This document shows, in pieces, positions 55,128 through 64,000 of a stretch of 64,000 nt of DNA. The position numbers were made by a program, and so were the translations under genes. Numbering within the stretch: position 1 is the stretch's first letter; every line of letters begins with the position of its first letter. The stretch comes from Dehalococcoidia bacterium. GTDB taxonomy: Bacteria > Chloroflexota > Dehalococcoidia > UBA2979. The notes below the pieces were generated by a model. The model searched no databases. It worked only from the letters and a program-made list of their open reading frames with translations, and was not told where the DNA came from. The stretch is taken from assembly GCA_965198045.1 (NCBI GenBank), contig CBDAOL010000012.1, forward strand, positions 346,105-410,104, read 5' to 3'.

Positions 55128-55496
55128 GTGGACCCCGTCATCCTGATCCTGCTCTTCGCCGTCGGAGCGTTCTACTTCATCCTGCTGCGACCCGTCCTCA
55201 ATCAGCAGCGCGCCCGCCGCGCCTCGATCTCGTCGCTCGAGGTCGGCGACGAAGTCATGACCACCGCTGGTTTCTACGCCGTCATCGACGAGATCAACAC
55301 GGTCGAAGACGGTCCGATGGAGATCGTCTTCGAGCTGGCCGACGACGTCTTCGTGCGCGGCACCCCAGACGCGATCGTGCAGGTCGTGGGGCACGAGGAA
55401 CCGGATGAGAGCGCCGACTCGGGGGACGGGCTCGACGCCGAGCCCTCGGCCGGGGAGGATGGTGGGGACGAAGCTCAGGAGCGGAACGACGACTGA
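55128..55496 (+). CDS. yajC: Preprotein translocase subunit YajC (acidic C-terminal tail)
   Basis: N-terminal TM + …LEVGDEVMTTAGFYAVIDEI… YajC core. Immediately upstream of secD. Confidence 0.8.
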   Translation: MDPVILILLFAVGAFYFILLRPVLNQQRARRASISSLEVGDEVMTTAGFYAVIDEINTVEDGPMEIVFELADDVFVRGTPDAIVQVVGHEEPDESADSGDGLDAEPSAGEDGGDEAQERNDD

Positions 55497-55552
55497 GGAC
55501 TGAACCCCGCCACCCGGAGGACTCTCCCACTACAAGGAAGTTACCCCGCTAG

Positions 55553-56986
55553 ATGCCCTCGCTGTCTCGTCTCATGCCGTTGATCGGCATCGCTATCCTG
55601 GCTGGCGCCGCGCTCGTGATCGTGTGGCCGAGCGAGCCTGAACGCTTTCTGCCGGACGCGGTGCCGTGGCCCGAGGGGCAGGGCGTCTCGATCGGCGGCT
55701 TCGAGCGCGAGACGATGCGCCTCGGCCTCGATCTGCAGGGCGGGACACGGCTCCTGCTCCGCGCGGAGGAGCCCGAGGACTTCACCGGCGACATCGGCGA
55801 GGCACTGGACGGCACCGTCCGCGTACTGCGACGCCGCGTCGACGCCTCGGGCGTGTCGGAGTCGGAGATCACACGGCAGGGCGAGCAGAACATCTCGGTC
55901 CAGCTTCCCGGCCTGACGATCGATGAGGCGCGATCACTCCTCGGACGCACGGCGCAGCTGCGCTTCTGCGAGCGGGCCACGGTAGAGATCGACAACGTTG
56001 GCGCGTGCGACAGCTCGGGCCAATGGCAACAGGCCGTCGGCAACATCGATGGCCAGCCGGTGGCGCTGACCGGCCGGTTCCTCAAGTCGAACGCCTTCGT
56101 CGCGACGGACCAGCTTGGGCTGCCCTCGGTCAGCTTCGAGCTTCAGAACGATGGACCAGAGCTGTTCCAGCAGATCACGACCCGCCTCGTCGGCGAGCAG
56201 ATGGCGATCTTCCTCGACGCGGAGCTGCTCTCCGCGCCGGTGATCCAGACGGTCATTCGCGATCAGGGACAGATCACCGGCCTCAGCTTCGAGCGCGCGC
56301 AGGACCTCGTGATTCAGCTGAACGCTGGCGCGCTGCCCCTCGAGCTGACGGTGCTGCAGGAACAGACGGTCGACGCGACCCTCGGCGAGGACTCGGTGCG
56401 ACGCAGCGTGCTGGCCGGCGAGATCGGGCTGATCCTCGTCGCGCTGTACATGGTGCTGTATTACCGCCTGCCCGGCGTCGTCGCGACGCTGGCCCTGGCG
56501 TCCTACACAGTGCTGACGATGGCCGTGTTCAAGTTGATCCCAGTCACACTCACGCTCGCCGGCATTGGAGCGTTCGTGCTCTCGGTCGGTATGGCCGTCG
56601 ACGCGAACATCCTGATCTTCGAGCGGATGAAGGAGGAGATGCGCGCGGGGCGGTCCTACGCCGCCTCGATCGAGAGCGGCTTCCGCCGCGCCTGGCCCTC
56701 GATCCGTGACTCCAACGTCGCCACGCTGATCACCACGGGCATTCTCTTCGCCCTCGGCGGCGGCATCGAGTTGCCCGGGCTCGGCACGTTCGACGCACCG
56801 CTGGTGCAAGGCTTTGCCATCACGCTGGCCATCGGCGTGCTCGTCTCGATGTTCTCGGCGATCGTCGTGACGAGGTCGATCATGCGCGCCTTCATCGGCA
56901 CACCGCTGGCGCGCCGGACTGACTGGATCGTCACTGACCTTGACGAAGACTCACAGTTCGAACTCGCCGAGGAGCGTGCGGACTGA
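55553..56986 (+). CDS. secD: Protein translocase subunit SecD
   Basis: 477 aa, large periplasmic domain + 6 TM. SecD-family sequence (…LGLDLQGG…), followed by secF. Confidence 0.9.
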   Translation: MPSLSRLMPLIGIAILAGAALVIVWPSEPERFLPDAVPWPEGQGVSIGGFERETMRLGLDLQGGTRLLLRAEEPEDFTGDIGEALDGTVRVLRRRVDASGVSESEITRQGEQNISVQLPGLTIDEARSLLGRTAQLRFCERATVEIDNVGACDSSGQWQQAVGNIDGQPVALTGRFLKSNAFVATDQLGLPSVSFELQNDGPELFQQITTRLVGEQMAIFLDAELLSAPVIQTVIRDQGQITGLSFERAQDLVIQLNAGALPLELTVLQEQTVDATLGEDSVRRSVLAGEIGLILVALYMVLYYRLPGVVATLALASYTVLTMAVFKLIPVTLTLAGIGAFVLSVGMAVDANILIFERMKEEMRAGRSYAASIESGFRRAWPSIRDSNVATLITTGILFALGGGIELPGLGTFDAPLVQGFAITLAIGVLVSMFSAIVVTRSIMRAFIGTPLARRTDWIVTDLDEDSQFELAEERAD

Positions 56987-58272
56987 TGCGCACCAGGGAC
57001 GGCGGGATCGATCTGGTCGGCCTGCGCCCGATCCTGTTCGCGATCAGCGGCGCTGCGGTGTTGATTTCGGTGGTCCTCCTCGCCATCCCTCCGACGCTCG
57101 TTCCCGGGATCGAGTTCACGGCCGGCACCACCACGCTGATTCGCTTCGATGCGCCCGTCACCCAGTCGGAGTTGCGAGCCGTCTACGACGACCTGGGACA
57201 CGACGAGGCGCGCATCCAGTCGACCGGAGCGGGCGAGTTCTTGATCCGCACGAGTGAGCTGGATGTACCACCCGGTTCCTTCACCGAGGTCGCTCCAGAC
57301 CCGACGGGAGAGATCGTGCCTCCCGGGCCGAGCCCGGCGGAGGAGATCGGCACTGTCCTCCTCGGCGCCGAGGGCCTCGAGGCGGGGACCGAGGTGCTGC
57401 TGCGCGCGCCCTCGTTCGGCGATAGCTGCGACTTTGGCGGCGTGGCCGGCCGGCATCCGGCCGGTACCGTCGCGACGATCGCGGAGAACCTCGTGTGCGC
57501 GGACGGCGTCACCTTCCGTGTCGTGGTGGGCGAGGACGTGGGTCTGATCCGCGAGGTCGACACGCACGACTTCACGCCGCCGCCAGCGCCTGAGCCGCCG
57601 GTGGCGCAGGGGGCCGGCGAGCGCACCGAGATCGAGACGCGGCTGTTCGAGGAGTTCGGCAACTTCGCGGTCCTCGAGTTTGCGAGCGTCTCTGCCGTCG
57701 TCTCCCGCGTCGCCGTGCGCAACGCCACGATCGCGGTGATCGTCGCTTCGCTCTTCATCATGGCCTACGTCGCGTTCGCCTTCTCCTCGGTTCCGAGCCC
57801 GTTCCGCTATGCGACCTGCGCGATCATCGCGCTGGTCCACGACGTGGTGATCGTGCTCGGCGCGTTCTCGCTCTTCGGCAAGCTGTTCGGGCTCGAGATC
57901 AATCTGATGTTCGTGACGGGCCTGCTAACGGTGATCGGCTTCTCGGTCCACGACTCGATCGTGGTCTTCGACCGCATCCGCGAAAACGTCAGCGCCTCAC
58001 CAAACGCGCCGCTCTCTGACAACGTGAACGCTGCGCTGCTGCAGACCATGGCGAGGTCGCTCAACACGTCGCTCACGCTGCTGGTGACGGTGATAGCCCT
58101 GCTCACGCTCGGCGGCGTCACGATCCAGGCGTTCCTGTTGGTGATCCTGGTCGGCGTGATCGCCGGGACCTACTCGAGCATCGCGGTCGCGGCGCAGCTC
58201 CTCGTGGCGTGGGAGGAAGGCGACATCGGTCGGCTCTTCCGCCGACGCCGCGAGGCGAGCGAGGCGGCCTGA
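56986..58272 (+). CDS. secF: Protein translocase subunit SecF (with extended N-terminal periplasmic region)
   Basis: 428 aa with an RND-like TM bundle (…LVTGLLTVIGFSVHDSIVVFDRIREN…) typical of SecF. Confidence 0.9.
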   Translation: MRTRDGGIDLVGLRPILFAISGAAVLISVVLLAIPPTLVPGIEFTAGTTTLIRFDAPVTQSELRAVYDDLGHDEARIQSTGAGEFLIRTSELDVPPGSFTEVAPDPTGEIVPPGPSPAEEIGTVLLGAEGLEAGTEVLLRAPSFGDSCDFGGVAGRHPAGTVATIAENLVCADGVTFRVVVGEDVGLIREVDTHDFTPPPAPEPPVAQGAGERTEIETRLFEEFGNFAVLEFASVSAVVSRVAVRNATIAVIVASLFIMAYVAFAFSSVPSPFRYATCAIIALVHDVVIVLGAFSLFGKLFGLEINLMFVTGLLTVIGFSVHDSIVVFDRIRENVSASPNAPLSDNVNAALLQTMARSLNTSLTLLVTVIALLTLGGVTIQAFLLVILVGVIAGTYSSIAVAAQLLVAWEEGDIGRLFRRRREASEAA

Positions 58273-58291
58273 GCCGAGCTAGCCGTCTACG

Positions 58292-60142
58292 TCAGACCAA
58301 CACGCGAGCATCGCCCTGGCGACGGGTCACGCCTCCGCGGTCGAGCGTCTCGAGGACTGCCTGCGCTGTGCGCCGATTCGTTTCGAGGGCATCCCGGGCG
58401 TTCGCCAGGGTGACCTCACCGTGCTCGCGGATGAGCGCCTCGATCTGCGCCTGCGCGGCGTCGAACGCCGTTCGCGCCAGCACCACTCCATCGCCGCAGT
58501 CGACCGCTCGCCCGGCGCCCTCGAGGTGCGCCACGACCTCGGCGTCGGCGTTGAGACGCGGGGGTTGCGCGCCGCCCGTGTCGAGGGCGCTTGCGACCTC
58601 CTCGATGGCGGCCTGCTGTGCCGCGCTGGGTGATGGCGTCCAGCCGGCGTCGACGACGCCGTCGCGCTCCGCGACGAGGTCGGGCGCGAGCGCACGCAGC
58701 ACCGCTCCGAACGCGCGAGGCGCGAGACCGAGACGGCTGCGCAGCTCCTCGCGCGGCATCGCGAAGCGCAGGGGGAAGTCTTGGTGGTACAGGGTGAGGG
58801 CGTTCGCCGCGCCCGCACGGAAGCCGGCGATGCCGGCCGCAGAGAGGTAGAGGGGCGCTCCGCCCTCGACCGGCAGGGCGAACACGGCCCCTTCCTCGAC
58901 AAGCGCTACGAGCGTGTCGTCGAGTTCCTCCCGCGCCAGTTCGATGTTCCCCGCGAAGTCGTCGAGGGGGGCCGGTTCCACGCCCCCGAGCGCGGCCAGC
59001 ACGCGCGCCTCCGGCGTGCCGGCGGCACGTGCCTCGATGCGAGCGATAGTCTCCGCTGACGAACGGCGATGCCGCGGCGGATTGACCTCGATGATGCGTC
59101 CACCGGCAATGGTCTCGTCTGAGACGCGGAGCACAAAGAGGTCGCCCGGCACGGCAGCGGCTGGCTCGGACAGCACGATCTGCACCCAGCCCTCCTCGCT
59201 GGCGGCGATCGCGTCGCCTTCGAGGATCCGCACCCGCGCCTGCACATCGGCCGCGCCCACGTGGAGCGCGACCCGCAGGTTGTGTCGCAGCGCCCGGTGC
59301 TCGAGCACCCGCACGCGGGCGTCCAGCGCGGTGACCGTCTGCAGCCGCCCGGGCGCTGCGAGCACCTGCCCGCGATGCACGTCCTCGAGGTCGACACCGG
59401 CCAGGTTCACGGCGACGCGGCTTCCGGGCTGGGCCTCGTCGACGGCCTGTTGATGCGTCTGCAGCCCGCGGATGCGCGCCGTGTCGGTACCGGGCGTGAG
59501 TTCGACTGAGTCCCCGACGCGCAGACGGCCGTCGAGCAGCGTGCCGGTGACGACCGTGCCGAAGCCGGACATGGTGAACACGCGATCGACGCCGAGGCGC
59601 GGCCTGCCGATGTCCCGCGGTTCGTCGACGGCGTCGACGGCGAGGTCCAGCGTCGAACGGAGCTCGTCGAGACCGTCGCCGCTCACGCTCGATACCTCGA
59701 CGATCGGCGCATCGGCGAGGCGAGTGTGCTCGAGGATGCTGCGCACCTCCTCGGCGACGAGCTCCGACCAGTCCCCGTCGACGAGGTCGCGCTTCGTCAG
59801 CGCCACGACGGCGTGCTCCACCTCGAGCAGATCGAGGATCTCCAGGTGCTCCCGGGTCTGCGGCATCACGCCCTCGTCGGCCGCGATCACCAGCAGGGCG
59901 AGGTCGATGCCGCCGGCGCCGGCCAGCATGTGGCGGACGAAGCGCACGTGGCCCGGCACGTCGATGATCGAGATCTCGCGACCGGAGGGCAGCGTCATCC
60001 AGGCGAACCCGAGCTCGATCGTGAGCCCACGTTCCTGCTCCTCGCGGAGCCGGTCGGGGTTGATGCCGGTCAGTGCCTGGATGAGGGCGGACTTGCCGTG
60101 GTCGACGTGTCCAGCCGTCCCGACGACGAACATGGCGGGCAT
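58292..60142 (-). CDS. selB: Selenocysteine-specific translation elongation factor SelB
   Basis: N-terminal GTPase VVGTAGHVDHGKSAL…DVPGHVRF…, EF-Tu-like domains II/III, and a ~250-aa winged-helix C-terminal extension. 616 aa, matching SelB and not EF-Tu. Confidence 0.9.
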   Translation of the reverse strand: MPAMFVVGTAGHVDHGKSALIQALTGINPDRLREEQERGLTIELGFAWMTLPSGREISIIDVPGHVRFVRHMLAGAGGIDLALLVIAADEGVMPQTREHLEILDLLEVEHAVVALTKRDLVDGDWSELVAEEVRSILEHTRLADAPIVEVSSVSGDGLDELRSTLDLAVDAVDEPRDIGRPRLGVDRVFTMSGFGTVVTGTLLDGRLRVGDSVELTPGTDTARIRGLQTHQQAVDEAQPGSRVAVNLAGVDLEDVHRGQVLAAPGRLQTVTALDARVRVLEHRALRHNLRVALHVGAADVQARVRILEGDAIAASEEGWVQIVLSEPAAAVPGDLFVLRVSDETIAGGRIIEVNPPRHRRSSAETIARIEARAAGTPEARVLAALGGVEPAPLDDFAGNIELAREELDDTLVALVEEGAVFALPVEGGAPLYLSAAGIAGFRAGAANALTLYHQDFPLRFAMPREELRSRLGLAPRAFGAVLRALAPDLVAERDGVVDAGWTPSPSAAQQAAIEEVASALDTGGAQPPRLNADAEVVAHLEGAGRAVDCGDGVVLARTAFDAAQAQIEALIREHGEVTLANARDALETNRRTAQAVLETLDRGGVTRRQGDARVLV

Positions 60143-60175
60143 TGTAGCCGCCGCGCACGCTGTCTTGCCGCGCGG

Positions 60176-60454
60176 CTAATCGAGGACGCGATGCCCCTCG
60201 AGCGTCGCGCGCTGACAGGCCGGGCAGCGCGCGGGCAGGTCGTCGCGCGGCACGATCTCGCGCGTCCCCGAGACGCCGACCCAGATGTCGTCGCGCAGCC
60301 TCAGCGCGCGGTCTGGTGCGCCACGCTCGCCGCGCGCGGCCGGGCGGCGCTCCTCCTCGAGGCGGCGCGCGATCTCGGCCTCGCTCATCTCACCTTCGCG
60401 CCGTACGAGGACTTCGCGACCGCAGTGCGTGCAGCGGTAGACATCGACCGCCAT
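60176..60454 (-). CDS. FmdB-family zinc-ribbon protein
   Basis: MAVDVYRCTHCGREVLV… plus a C-terminal CPACQ second zinc knuckle. 92 aa. Confidence 0.6.
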   Translation of the reverse strand: MAVDVYRCTHCGREVLVRREGEMSEAEIARRLEEERRPAARGERGAPDRALRLRDDIWVGVSGTREIVPRDDLPARCPACQRATLEGHRVLD

Positions 60455-60455
60455 C

Positions 60456-61715
60456 TCAGGCCTTCGGTTCCGGTGCGTCGGGGTCCGGCAACAGGTCGAC
60501 GAAGAGCTCGTTCGAGAGCAGCAGGCCCCGGTCCGTCAGCCGCAGGCGGCCGTCGCCACGGTCGAGGATGCCCAGCGCCTCGTACCTGGCCAGCGCTGGC
60601 CCAAAGCTCGCCTCGAGGTTGGCGCCGAACCGCGCCTCAAACGGCGCCACCTCGACGCCGTCGGTCAGGCGCAGGCCGAGGATCAGCGCGTCGGCGAGGG
60701 CGGTCGCAGCGTCCGGCGTCTCGCCGCTGCTGATCTGGTGCAGGGCGCCGTGACCGTTGGCCTCGCGCTCCTCGTACGACTCGTTGACAGCGTCGACGTA
60801 GCGCTGCGGCGCGTTGACGTTGGCGAGCCGGTTGCCGGAGAAGTAGGAGTGCGCGCCGGCGCCGAGGCCGAGGTACGGCTGCGTCCGCCAGTAGACGAGG
60901 TTGTGCCGGCACTCGCGGCCCGGTCGCGCCCAGTTCGAGATTTCATATTGGTGGCAGCCAGCCTCGACGAGCCGCTCGCGTGTCCACTCGTACTGATCGG
61001 CGGCCACGTCGGGATCTGGTTCCGGCAACTGGCCCTTCTCGACCTGGTAGTACAGCGCCGTGCCCGGCTCCACCGTCAGGGCATAGCAGGAGAGATGTTC
61101 CGGCCCCAGCTCGATCGCTCGTTCGAGGGTGGATTGCCAACGTTCGAGGGGTTGGCCGATCAGCCCGAAGATGAGGTCGAGGTTGACGTTCTCGAACCCG
61201 GCTGCACGGACGTCGTTGAACGCTTCGACCGCCCGCTCCGCCGAGTGCAGCCGGTCGAGCTGCTGCAGCTCATCGTCGTGCAGCGACTGGACGCCCATCG
61301 ACAGGCGATTGATGCCGACGCCGCGTAGGCCCTCCAGGTGCTCGCGCGTCAGCTCGCTCGGATTCGCCTCGAGCGTCCATTCGGCGTCGGCGGCGATAGC
61401 GAACCGCTCGCGGATGGCCGTCACGATCGAGGTGAGGTCGTCGATCGCTGTCAGGCTGGGCGTGCCGCCGCCAAAGAACACCGTATCCACGCGATGTCCC
61501 TGCGCCGCGGGCGCCCACAGCCCGATCTCGCGGACGAGAGCGGGCGTGTAGTCCGGCACGAGGTGATCGAGGCCCTCGTACGAGTTGAAGTCGCAGTAGC
61601 CGCACTTCGCAGTGCAGAACGGGATGTGCAGATAGAGCGCCAACGGCTCGAGATCACCGCTTGCGGCGGTGCGAGCGGCCGTTTCGGTGTTCCGCGTGGC
61701 CTCGGTGCTGGTCAT
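60456..61715 (-). CDS. hemW: Radical SAM family heme chaperone HemW / coproporphyrinogen-III-oxidase-like protein
   Basis: …LYLHIPFCTAKCGYCDFNS… (CxxxCxxC), HemN/HemW C-terminal domain. 419 aa. Confidence 0.85.
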   Translation of the reverse strand: MTSTEATRNTETAARTAASGDLEPLALYLHIPFCTAKCGYCDFNSYEGLDHLVPDYTPALVREIGLWAPAAQGHRVDTVFFGGGTPSLTAIDDLTSIVTAIRERFAIAADAEWTLEANPSELTREHLEGLRGVGINRLSMGVQSLHDDELQQLDRLHSAERAVEAFNDVRAAGFENVNLDLIFGLIGQPLERWQSTLERAIELGPEHLSCYALTVEPGTALYYQVEKGQLPEPDPDVAADQYEWTRERLVEAGCHQYEISNWARPGRECRHNLVYWRTQPYLGLGAGAHSYFSGNRLANVNAPQRYVDAVNESYEEREANGHGALHQISSGETPDAATALADALILGLRLTDGVEVAPFEARFGANLEASFGPALARYEALGILDRGDGRLRLTDRGLLLSNELFVDLLPDPDAPEPKA

Positions 61716-61866
61716 GGATTGAGCGTATCAGGGGCGATCGGCGGGTGCGATCGGCGCGCGACCGTGTGCGGTCTGCCGAACGGAGCTGCGCGATCATGCG
61801 TTGATCACAGTACCCACCTACGCTGATGCTGCGGCGAGCGGCGGCTGTTGGAGAGCGACGACGCGC

Positions 61867-63060
61867 ATGAATCGCACGATGACCGGCGCGCTGGCAATAG
61901 CTGTCGCCGTGCTGGCGCTGATCGCCGGCGCCTGCGGTGGCGATGACGGCGCGAGCGGAGGCGGCAACGACGCTGGCGCGACGTTCGAGCAGACTCCGGA
62001 CGTCGCTACGCCGAAGGCGACCGCTACGCCCGCCGCGCCCTCGACGCCCGTACCGACCCCGGAGCCGCGCCCCGACGGGCTGACCGGTGCTCCGGTCGAC
62101 CTCCCGAGCGCGGAGTCGGCGGCTTTCGATTCGGACCTCCTCAACGTCAACGCTGGCTCGTTCCCCTCGCTGGACTATCCGAGCCTCGTTACGGCCGAGG
62201 AGGCGACGTGGCTGGCCGACGACTCGGCCGTCCTCGGCGCGGTGCAGAACGGCGAGGCGCGTGCCTACCCGCTGGCGATGATGCGCTTCCACCATGTGGC
62301 GAACGACGAGCTGGGAGGCGAGTCGTACCTCGTCACCTTCTGAATCGTCTGTTCTTCCGGGGTCGGGTTCGACCCCGTCATCGATGGAGAAACGCTCCTC
62401 TTCACCACTGCTGGGCTCTACCAGGGCGTCTTCACGATGTGGGACGACATCACGGGCAGCGTCTGGTCGCACCTCGATGGGTCGGCGCTCAGCGGGTCTT
62501 CGGCCGGCCGGCAGCTCGAGATCCTGCCGTTGCAGACGACGACTTGGGCAGCCTGGTCGGCGCAGTACCCGGAGACGACCACGCCCAACATCGACACGCT
62601 GCGGCGGAACTCCTACCGGGAGCCGCTGTTGGGACTCGACTCGATCTCCGGTCTCTTCCTCGACACGCTGGGCGAACTCGACACGCGCCTCGACACCGGC
62701 GAGCTCGTGATCGGTGTGCTCGCGGGCGCCGAGGCGGTGGCGTTCCCGATCGAGACAGCGGCGCCCGACGGCCCGATGCAAGCCGAGGTTGGCGGCGTGC
62801 CGGTCGTGATCCTCGAGGGTGAGGACGGCGTGCCGACGCTCGCCTACCACCGCGCGCTGACCGATGGGCGCGTGCTCGACTTCGTCCGCGAAGGCGACGC
62901 CGTCATCGATCTGCAGACCGGGTCGAGCTGGAATGCGAGCGGCGTCGCCGTGAGCGATGACCTCGAGGGCGTCCAGCTCACCTTCGTCACCTCGTTCTTC
63001 ACGGAGTGGTACGGCTGGGCCGCGTTCCACCCGGACACCTCGATCTACGAGCCGGCTTAG
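61867..63060 (+). CDS. DUF3179-family lipoprotein with an in-frame TGA (candidate selenocysteine, UxxC motif); annotated as two ORFs in the track
   Basis: ORFs 61801..62343 and 62437..63060 share one frame and are separated only by the TGA at 62341..62343: …GESYLVTF-TGA-IVCSSGVGFDPVIDGETLLFTTAGLYQGVFTMWDDITGSVWSHL…. Both halves match my recollection of the DUF3179 family (…AYPL…H.vaND…, C-terminal FFTEWYGWAAFHPDTSIY), and the TGA sits where the family has the first Cys of a CxxC. N-terminus MNRTMTGALAIAVAVLALIAGACGG is a lipoprotein signal. selB is 1.7 kb away. Confidence 0.6.
62341..62377 (+). other. Candidate bacterial SECIS element: UGA + 14-nt spacer + 7-bp GC hairpin with GGGUUC apical loop
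   Basis: tga-atcgtctgttctt-CGGGGTC-gggttc-GACCCCG. Perfect 7-bp stem at 62358..62364 / 62371..62377. The loop has GGU, as in the E. coli fdhF SECIS apical loop contacted by SelB. Confidence 0.45.
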
Positions 63061-63179
63061 GCCGCACCGCACCGTCTCCTCCTTGCGCGAGCGCTCGCTA
63101 GAACGCGCTGAGGGCGCATGCGACACTCGCTGCGACGCCGCGTTTGCCGGTGCAACGGGCGTGCGAGGAGGGCGCGAGC

Positions 63180-64000
63180 GTGCTCAAGACCCACGAGTGC
63201 GGTGAGCTGAGGGCCGAGCACGCGGGGCAAGACGTCACGTTGGCCGGCTGGGTACACCGCCGCCGCGATCACGGCGGGCTCGTCTTCGTCGACTTGCGCG
63301 ACTCGAGCGGCCTCGTGCAGGTGGTCTTCCACCCCGAGACCGCACCCGAGGCGACCGCGCTCGCCGGCGACATCCGCAACGAGTTCGTGATCCAGGTCCA
63401 GGGCGCCGTCGCGCCCCGCCAGACCGGTACCGAGAACGACGATCTACCGACCGGCGCGATCGAGGTGCAGGTCGCCTCGGCGGTGGTACTCAATCCCTCC
63501 GCCACGCCCCCGTTCGCTGTCAACGAGGAGACCGAGGTCGGCGAGGCCACGCGACTCCGCTACCGCTACGTCGACCTGCGCCGCGAGCGCATGGCGGCGA
63601 ACCTGCGGCTCCGGCACTCGATCACGAAGTACATCCGCGACTTCCTCTCGGAGCGAGGCTTCCTCGAAGTTGAGACGCCGACCCTGGGGCTCGCCACGCC
63701 GGAGGGCGCGCGCGATTACCTCGTGCCGTCGCGGGTGCAGCCGGGGTCGTTCTACGCGCTGCCGCAGTCGCCGCAGCAGCTGAAGCAGCTGTTGATGGTG
63801 GCCGGCGTCGACCGCTACTTCCAGATCGCGCGCTGCTACCGCGACGAGGATCTGCGCAGCGACCGGCAGCCCGAGTTCACGCAGCTCGACCTCGAGGTCG
63901 CGTTCGCCGAGGAGTCGGACATCCTGGATCTGACCGAGGATCTCTACCGCGGCATCGCGACCGCGGTGACACCTCACTTCGACCTGCCGCAGCCGTTCCA
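63180..64000 (+). CDS. aspS: Aspartate--tRNA ligase, 3'-partial (runs off window end)
   Basis: [41 protein letters not shown]… (OB-fold N-terminus), then the class II core (…[13 protein letters not shown]…). GTG start at 63180 with a GAGGAGGG RBS. Confidence 0.9.
   Translation, partial: MLKTHECGELRAEHAGQDVTLAGWVHRRRDHGGLVFVDLRDSSGLVQVVFHPETAPEATALAGDIRNEFVIQVQGAVAPRQTGTENDDLPTGAIEVQVASAVVLNPSATPPFAVNEETEVGEATRLRYRYVDLRRERMAANLRLRHSITKYIRDFLSERGFLEVETPTLGLATPEGARDYLVPSRVQPGSFYALPQSPQQLKQLLMVAGVDRYFQIARCYRDEDLRSDRQPEFTQLDLEVAFAEESDILDLTEDLYRGIATAVTPHFDLPQPF

Noticed and set aside
62341-62343. Reading the in-frame TGA in the DUF3179 gene as a simple pseudogenising nonsense mutation or sequencing error.
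   Set aside because: This remains possible, but it is disfavoured. The downstream half is perfectly conserved in frame, the TGA sits at the position of the motif's first Cys, a SECIS-like hairpin follows, and selB is adjacent. I kept it as a selenoprotein candidate with moderate confidence.

Overview
This is a 64-kb window of high-GC bacterial chromosome. The organisation is Actinobacteria-like: a Cheo-box-type SOS operator sits upstream of recA, and there is a classic dcw cluster. The left third (about 1..15.7 kb) is accessory. It holds a proline-rich secreted-protein gene running off the left edge and a complete IS3-family insertion sequence (657..1945; 14-bp terminal inverted repeats, 3-bp GAA target duplication, orfA/orfB with a U UUU UUC slippery site). 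A membrane-protein/methyltransferase pair follows, and then an approximately 11.5-kb putative integrated element (4086..15608). The element is bounded by a perfect 28-bp direct repeat of the 3' end of an intact tRNA-Asp(GTC) gene (15581..15657). It carries a large serine recombinase whose reading frame runs into the tRNA 3' end, tandem prim-pol genes (a truncated paralog followed by a full PrimPol + AAA_25 P-loop + HTH replication protein), a degenerate resolvase-like gene, a DinB-family gene, operator-like palindromes, and an NHL / DUF1501 / DUF1800 trio. The remainder is core genome: a zinc-ribbon membrane protein, a PHP-domain protein, rny, an amidase, recX-recA, yggS-proC-yggT with divergent DUF167, a frameshifted methyltransferase, a radical-SAM B12-binding enzyme and small metabolic genes, nrdR-nrdJ, then ftsZ-ftsA-ftsQ-ddl-murC-murG-ftsW-murD-mraY-murF-ftsI-ftsL-rsmH-mraZ. 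murE is not in the cluster, and FtsZ appears to carry a ~157-aa acidic N-terminal extension. These are followed by mog-trmD-rplS-priA-def-yajC-secD-secF, a minus-strand hemW-fmdB-like-selB operon, and the start of aspS. The most interesting signal is immediately next to selB. A DUF3179-family lipoprotein gene (61867..63060) is interrupted by a single in-frame TGA at 62341..62343. The codon falls on what I recall as the first Cys of the family's CxxC motif (recollection, not verified), and a GC hairpin with a GGGUUC apical loop starts 14 nt downstream. I read this as a candidate selenocysteine (UxxC) selenoprotein with a SECIS element, not a pseudogene.
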